A stretch of 64,000 nucleotides of DNA from the NCBI GenBank assembly GCA_018060845.1, contig JAGOVG010000002.1:23581-87580 (forward strand), read 5' to 3'. This document shows positions 60,172 through 64,000 of this stretch, piece by piece. Positions within the stretch are counted from its first letter, which is position 1; each line of letters opens with the position of its first letter. Below the pieces are notes generated by a model. The model made no database searches and was not told where the DNA came from. It was given only the letters and a program-made list of their open reading frames with translations. Position numbers and translations under genes: made by a program. The DNA comes from Candidatus Woesebacteria bacterium (lineage in GTDB: Bacteria; Patescibacteriota; Microgenomatia; UBA1400; UBA12108).

Positions 60172-60204
60172 GAACAGGTTAGTTTGTTGTGCTAAACTAT
60201 TCAC

Positions 60205-61590
60205 ATGACAGTAACTCTAAACGACATCGTTAGTCTCGCCAAGCGCCGCGGCTTTTTCTACCCAGGGTCCGACATTTATGGCGGCCTTGCCAACACCTGG
60301 GACTATGGCCCATTAGGCGCGGAGCTTAAGAAAAAAATCAAGGATCTCTGGTGGGAGACATTTATTACTCACCGCTCCGACATGGTCGGACTAGATTCAG
60401 CCGTAATTAGTAGTAGCAAAGTCTGGGAGGCTTCCGGGCATGTTGCCAGTTTTGCTGACGCCATGGTCGATTGTAAGACATGCCACAGTAGAACTCGTGC
60501 AGATCATCTAATCGAGGGTCATTTTGAGAAAAAGGGGAGCGAGATCAAGGTTGAGGGCAAGAGTATGGACGAGCTCTCAAAGCTGATCAAAGACAACAAG
60601 ATCAAATGTCCAACCTGTGGTGGATTAGAATTAACCGACGCCCGCAGCTTTAACCTACTATTCCCAGTCCATCTAGGAATCCTAGCCGAGACCGCCGACC
60701 TAGCTTATTTACGTGGCGAGACCGCGCAGGGGATATTCACTAACTTTAAAAATATTACCGACTCTACTCGTGTCAGACTACCTTTTGGGGTAGGGCAAAT
60801 GGGCAAGAGTTTTCGCAACGAGATCACCAAGGGTCAGGCTATTTTCCGTACCGTCGAGTTTGAGCAGGGTGAGATCGAATACTTCTTTAACCCTGAGAGT
60901 AGCAACTGGGAAGAACTCTTTGAAACCTGGCTTACTTCCATGAAGAATTTTGTGACAGACACGCTCGGGATCAATAGCGAAAACCTAAGAACCAGAGAAC
61001 ACGACGACAAAGAGCGAAGCTTCTATAGCAAGCGAACCGTCGACTTAGAGTACAACTATCCTTTTGGCTTTAAAGAACTCTGGGGACTCGCATACAGGAC
61101 TGACTATGATCTCAATCAACACGTCAAGCATAGTGGCAAAGATTTAAGCTATTTAGATCCAGCAACCAATACCAAGTTGGTCCCTCACGTCATCGAGCCA
61201 GCAGTAGGTATCGATCGCCTCGTCCTCATGGTCCTGTGCGACGCCTACTGGAACGATACGGCTAACAATCGCGTAGTGCTCAAGCTAGCGCCCAAGCTGG
61301 CTCCTTACTCAGTCGCAGTATTCCCACTCGTTAAGAACAATGAGGAAGTAGTTGCAAAGGCTCGCGGTGTCTTTGACACTCTGGCCACCAAGTTTAGGGT
61401 CGCCTGGGATGATCGGGGCAATATCGGCAAGCGCTACTACTACCAGGACGAGATGGGTACCCCATATTGTGTAACGGTCGATTACCAGACCTTAGAAGAC
61501 GGGACAGTTACTGTGAGAGATCGTGACACAACTGAACAAGTTCGCTTGCCAATCGAATCATTATCTGCCCACCTGGAGAAGTATTTATGA
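60205..61590 (+). CDS. glyS: Glycine--tRNA ligase, single-chain alpha2 type
   Basis: FYPGSDIYGGLANTWDYGPLGAELKKKIKDLWW is the class II motif 1 region of alpha2-type GlyRS. 461 aa. Confidence 0.85.
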   Translation: MTVTLNDIVSLAKRRGFFYPGSDIYGGLANTWDYGPLGAELKKKIKDLWWETFITHRSDMVGLDSAVISSSKVWEASGHVASFADAMVDCKTCHSRTRADHLIEGHFEKKGSEIKVEGKSMDELSKLIKDNKIKCPTCGGLELTDARSFNLLFPVHLGILAETADLAYLRGETAQGIFTNFKNITDSTRVRLPFGVGQMGKSFRNEITKGQAIFRTVEFEQGEIEYFFNPESSNWEELFETWLTSMKNFVTDTLGINSENLRTREHDDKERSFYSKRTVDLEYNYPFGFKELWGLAYRTDYDLNQHVKHSGKDLSYLDPATNTKLVPHVIEPAVGIDRLVLMVLCDAYWNDTANNRVVLKLAPKLAPYSVAVFPLVKNNEEVVAKARGVFDTLATKFRVAWDDRGNIGKRYYYQDEMGTPYCVTVDYQTLEDGTVTVRDRDTTEQVRLPIESLSAHLEKYL

Positions 61591-62387
61591 ACAAACCACT
61601 AGTCGCGACCATCGTCGGTCTCATACTCGCCATTATTACTGGCTTCTTAGTCTTTAATAAAAAGGACAAGGCTCCAACCGAACAGGTAGACGAAGAAGAG
61701 CTCGATCTCCCGATCAATACCATCCCCCAGTCTGAGCGTCCATTTATTACCCTCTCACCCGATGAGAGTGGGCGTAGTCTCGACCTGTATGTCGCAGGTG
61801 CCCCGACCGAGGGAGAGCTAGAGTACGAGCTGGTCTATCAGACAGTCGAAGTCCAAGAAGGGGTCTTTGGTCGACTAGATCTAGAGAACGAAAAACAGCC
61901 TGTGATTAAAAGCCTGTTGCTAGGTAGCAAATCTGCTGGTGGCAAGGTGACCTATCACGAGGGAGTATCCGGTGGCACAGTGACAGTGACCTATGGCACT
62001 ACGAGACTCAAAGAGAACTTTAGTTACCTCAAGTTTGATCCGGCAGACCCAACCCTCCTTTCGACCGACGGCAGGTTCGTCGTGACTTTACCAAAGACAG
62101 CTCTCAAAGCTGACACCAGAGTCTTAACAATGAAAACTTTTGGCTATCCGAAGGCTGGCCTGCCCGCCGAAACTGCGAAGCTGTTGGCGGGGCCATACTC
62201 TGCTGCTTATTCAGTCGAGCCAAAGAGTGTAACCTCAGTTGAGATCAAGCTCCCCGCTGGTGAACACACCAATCCAGCAATCTATGGCTGGGATGGCAAG
62301 ACTTGGACAAAGTTACCAACTAAGCTAGGTAAAGACAGTGTACTTACGACTTCGGCTCTAGAAAGCTATGTAGTTATAACTGACTAA
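61587..62387 (+). CDS. Hypothetical membrane-anchored extracytoplasmic protein
   Basis: N-terminal TM LVATIVGLILAIITGFLVF, then a soluble domain of about 235 aa. ATGA overlap with glyS. Confidence 0.5.
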   Translation: MNKPLVATIVGLILAIITGFLVFNKKDKAPTEQVDEEELDLPINTIPQSERPFITLSPDESGRSLDLYVAGAPTEGELEYELVYQTVEVQEGVFGRLDLENEKQPVIKSLLLGSKSAGGKVTYHEGVSGGTVTVTYGTTRLKENFSYLKFDPADPTLLSTDGRFVVTLPKTALKADTRVLTMKTFGYPKAGLPAETAKLLAGPYSAAYSVEPKSVTSVEIKLPAGEHTNPAIYGWDGKTWTKLPTKLGKDSVLTTSALESYVVITD

Positions 62388-62724
62388 CTACTATATTTTT
62401 GACCGCTACCCTTAATCTCTGAGCTAAATCCACTCTACCACTTTGTTCGAGAGAGTCAGCTTTTAAGTTAGTTAACGCAGCAAGATCGCTATTATGTATA
62501 TCTCCGCCGTTAATTCGGTCGGGATCAACGGTATTCCAAATGAGTTCGTACAATATTGTAGTATTCTCAGAAATCTTACTGGGATCACCGTCACTGAAAA
62601 ACTCGATAGAAGCACACCATCCGAATAGAGTACCCAGATCAAATGGAGTGGGGAGACGTTTCACATCTCTTCCAAAAATCGGCTTTAATTCAACTGGTAT
62701 TTCTGGCAAATTACTACTAATCAT
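62374..62724 (-). CDS. Small hypothetical protein (116 aa), convergent with and overlapping the 3' end of the upstream gene
   Basis: Minus-strand ATG 62722-62724 is preceded by AGGAG with a 5-nt spacer (ctaactAGGAGtcgttATG). Overlaps the plus-strand gene by 14 nt. No motif recognised. Confidence 0.45.
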   Translation of the reverse strand: MISSNLPEIPVELKPIFGRDVKRLPTPFDLGTLFGWCASIEFFSDGDPSKISENTTILYELIWNTVDPDRINGGDIHNSDLAALTNLKADSLEQSGRVDLAQRLRVAVKNIVVSQL

Positions 62725-62896
62725 AACGACTCCTAGTTAGATTATAAACTACTATAAGTCTATTATTATAACCTATAAGTCAATACGTCACAACACGCAG
62801 TAAGTTACGAAGAATTACCAAACAAACATCTTATAATATCTAATTCGGGTACTGTTCGGTTTTTATATCAAACCACTATTTCCTAGTGCTAAATAG

Positions 62897-62925
62897 TTGA
62901 CAACTATATCAATATGTTCTTTAAT
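62897..62925 (+). promoter_or_regulatory. Sigma70-like promoter of mraZ (dcw cluster Pmra-like)
   Basis: TTGACA (62897-62902), 17-nt spacer, TTTAAT (62920-62925). Confidence 0.5.
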
Positions 62926-62932
62926 AAACGAA

Positions 62933-62947
62933 GTGGGACAAAGTGGG
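62933..62947 (+). promoter_or_regulatory. MraZ-box direct repeats (GTGGG-N5-GTGGG)
   Basis: GTGGGACAAAGTGGG lies immediately downstream of the -10 and upstream of the mraZ ATG (62960). This matches the known MraZ operator architecture of direct GTGGG repeats with 10-bp periodicity. Confidence 0.6.
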
Positions 62948-62959
62948 AGATAGTCTTAT

Positions 62960-63391
62960 ATGTTTATCGGCACACATTATCATTCACTCGACGATAAAAA
63001 GCGTGTTGCCGTCCCCAAATCATTTCGTAGTCAGTTAGAGTCCGGTGCAGTTACAACTTACGGACTAGATGGCTGTCTATTTATCTTTACCGCCGATAGT
63101 TGGGCCAAGCTAGCTGACAAACTCCAAGCCTTACCACTAACCAACAAAGCCGCCAGAGATTTCTTACGCCTACTTACTTTCAACGCATCACCCTTAGAGT
63201 TAGATGCTCACGGTCGTATGCTACTTCCTGACAACTTAAAAACCCTCGCAGGCCTCAAAAAAGATGTCGTCTTTGCCGGAGCCCTAACCAGAGTCGAAAT
63301 CTGGGACAAAGACCGCTACCACACATACGTCGATGGCTTAACCTCACAAACTGGCGAACTAGAAAATACTTTATCTGAGCTAGGGATCTAA
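62960..63391 (+). CDS. mraZ: Transcriptional regulator MraZ
   Basis: MFIGTHYHSLDDKKRVAVPKSFR and the second DxxxR half (LDAHGRMLLPDNL). 143 aa. Confidence 0.9.
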   Translation: MFIGTHYHSLDDKKRVAVPKSFRSQLESGAVTTYGLDGCLFIFTADSWAKLADKLQALPLTNKAARDFLRLLTFNASPLELDAHGRMLLPDNLKTLAGLKKDVVFAGALTRVEIWDKDRYHTYVDGLTSQTGELENTLSELGI

Positions 63392-63393
63392 TT

Positions 63394-64000
63394 ATGGACA
63401 ACAAACTCCTCCACACCCCAGTATTACTCAAAGAAGTAACGCAGATCTTAAGTCCTGAGGCGGGTAGGTCCTACATCGATGCTACCCTCGGCTTTGGTGG
63501 TCACACCCTAGAGCTCTTAAAAGCTGGTGCCGCGGTAGTTGGAATCGATCAAGATGCTGACATTCTCGAAAAAGCCATGGAGCGGATTACCGAGTCAGGC
63601 TTATCAGCCAACTTTACCGGCATCCACAGCTCATTCGCCAGTGCACTCGGTAGTGACAGGCTCGAAGATGGTCTCTATAACGGAGTCCTAATGGATCTGG
63701 GAGTTAGCTCTTACCAGCTCGATACACCTGAGCGAGGTTTTTCTTTCCGCCACGATGCACCTCTTGATATGCGCATGAACAAAGACTTGGCGGTTACCGC
63801 AAAAGATCTAATTAATGGTCTAGGCAAAAACGAACTAGTCGCACTTTTCTCAACATTAGGCGAAGAGCATGCCGCCAAAAAAATAGTCGCCGCAATAGTC
63901 GATGCCCGCAAAACCAAACCAATTGAATCAACTGCCGAGCTCGCAGCCCTGGTTGCTCGTAACGTTACTCGTAGCAAAAGTCATCTCCACCCCGCCACCA
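63394..64000 (+). CDS. rsmH: 16S rRNA (cytosine1402-N4)-methyltransferase RsmH, N-terminal part (3' end outside window)
   Basis: Frame 1 is open from ATG 63394 to the window end. LLHTPVLLKEV...YIDATLGFGGHT...DLGVSSYQLD...GFSFRHDAPLDMRM are RsmH/MraW motifs. Confidence 0.85.
   Translation, partial: MDNKLLHTPVLLKEVTQILSPEAGRSYIDATLGFGGHTLELLKAGAAVVGIDQDADILEKAMERITESGLSANFTGIHSSFASALGSDRLEDGLYNGVLMDLGVSSYQLDTPERGFSFRHDAPLDMRMNKDLAVTAKDLINGLGKNELVALFSTLGEEHAAKKIVAAIVDARKTKPIESTAELAALVARNVTRSKSHLHPAT

Noticed and set aside
60172-60204. Possible T-box riboswitch leader upstream of glyS
   Set aside because: The intergenic space is only 33 nt. A T-box needs about 200-300 nt with specifier and antiterminator helices.
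62725-62959. tRNA or small ncRNA in the longest non-coding stretch
   Set aside because: No cloverleaf-compatible segments (no GTTCRANYC T-loop, no acceptor-stem complement). The region is instead explained by a promoter plus MraZ boxes and the upstream small minus-strand gene.
1-64000. CRISPR arrays, transposases/integrases, prophage or other mobile elements
   Set aside because: No direct-repeat/spacer periodicity, no inverted terminal repeats, and no ORF with transposase, integrase or phage hallmark motifs was seen. Gene content is metabolic and housekeeping throughout.

Overview
The window reads as a compact, low-GC (about 40%) bacterial chromosome segment with strong operon polarity and many 1-19 nt start/stop overlaps (ATGA junctions). 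Its architecture resembles Patescibacteria/CPR or small-genome Gram-positive lineages, but the lineage cannot be proven from sequence alone. From position 1 to about 52.9 kb there is one co-directional plus-strand array of roughly 48 genes, almost all devoted to glycan assembly. It holds at least 11 polytopic GT-C-like membrane glycosyltransferases (PMT/ArnT-like, many with an N-proximal D-E loop motif), about 11 GT2 enzymes (including three WaaE/KdtX-like paralogs and a Dpm1/GtrB-like polyprenol-phosphate-sugar synthase candidate) and about 10 GT4 enzymes. It also encodes a Wzx-type flippase and a Wzy/O-antigen-ligase-like protein. Nucleotide-sugar enzymes are present (WecB, GalE, Fcl-like epimerase/reductase, ManC, a NUDIX hydrolase). 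Three methyltransferases and a hexapeptide acetyltransferase are embedded as well. A single antisense gene (52954-53478) punctuates the array. A second plus-strand sub-cluster follows: two GT4 genes, ManC, a PglC-like monotopic phosphoglycosyl transferase and a DUF4012-like protein. The 3' end carries housekeeping genes: recO, a small ORF, single-chain glyS, a membrane-anchored hypothetical protein, a small convergent antisense gene, then a promoter with tandem GTGGG MraZ boxes driving mraZ-rsmH (rsmH runs off the window). No rRNA, tRNA, CRISPR, transposase or integrase was detected. The main point of interest is the size and paralog content of the glycosylation locus (a GT-C expansion plus a lipid-carrier sugar donor module), together with an unusual GT4/alpha-alpha-toroid fusion and a PT-rich PKD surface protein that is a plausible glycosylation substrate. 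All product calls rest on motif-level recognition by eye, not on database searches.
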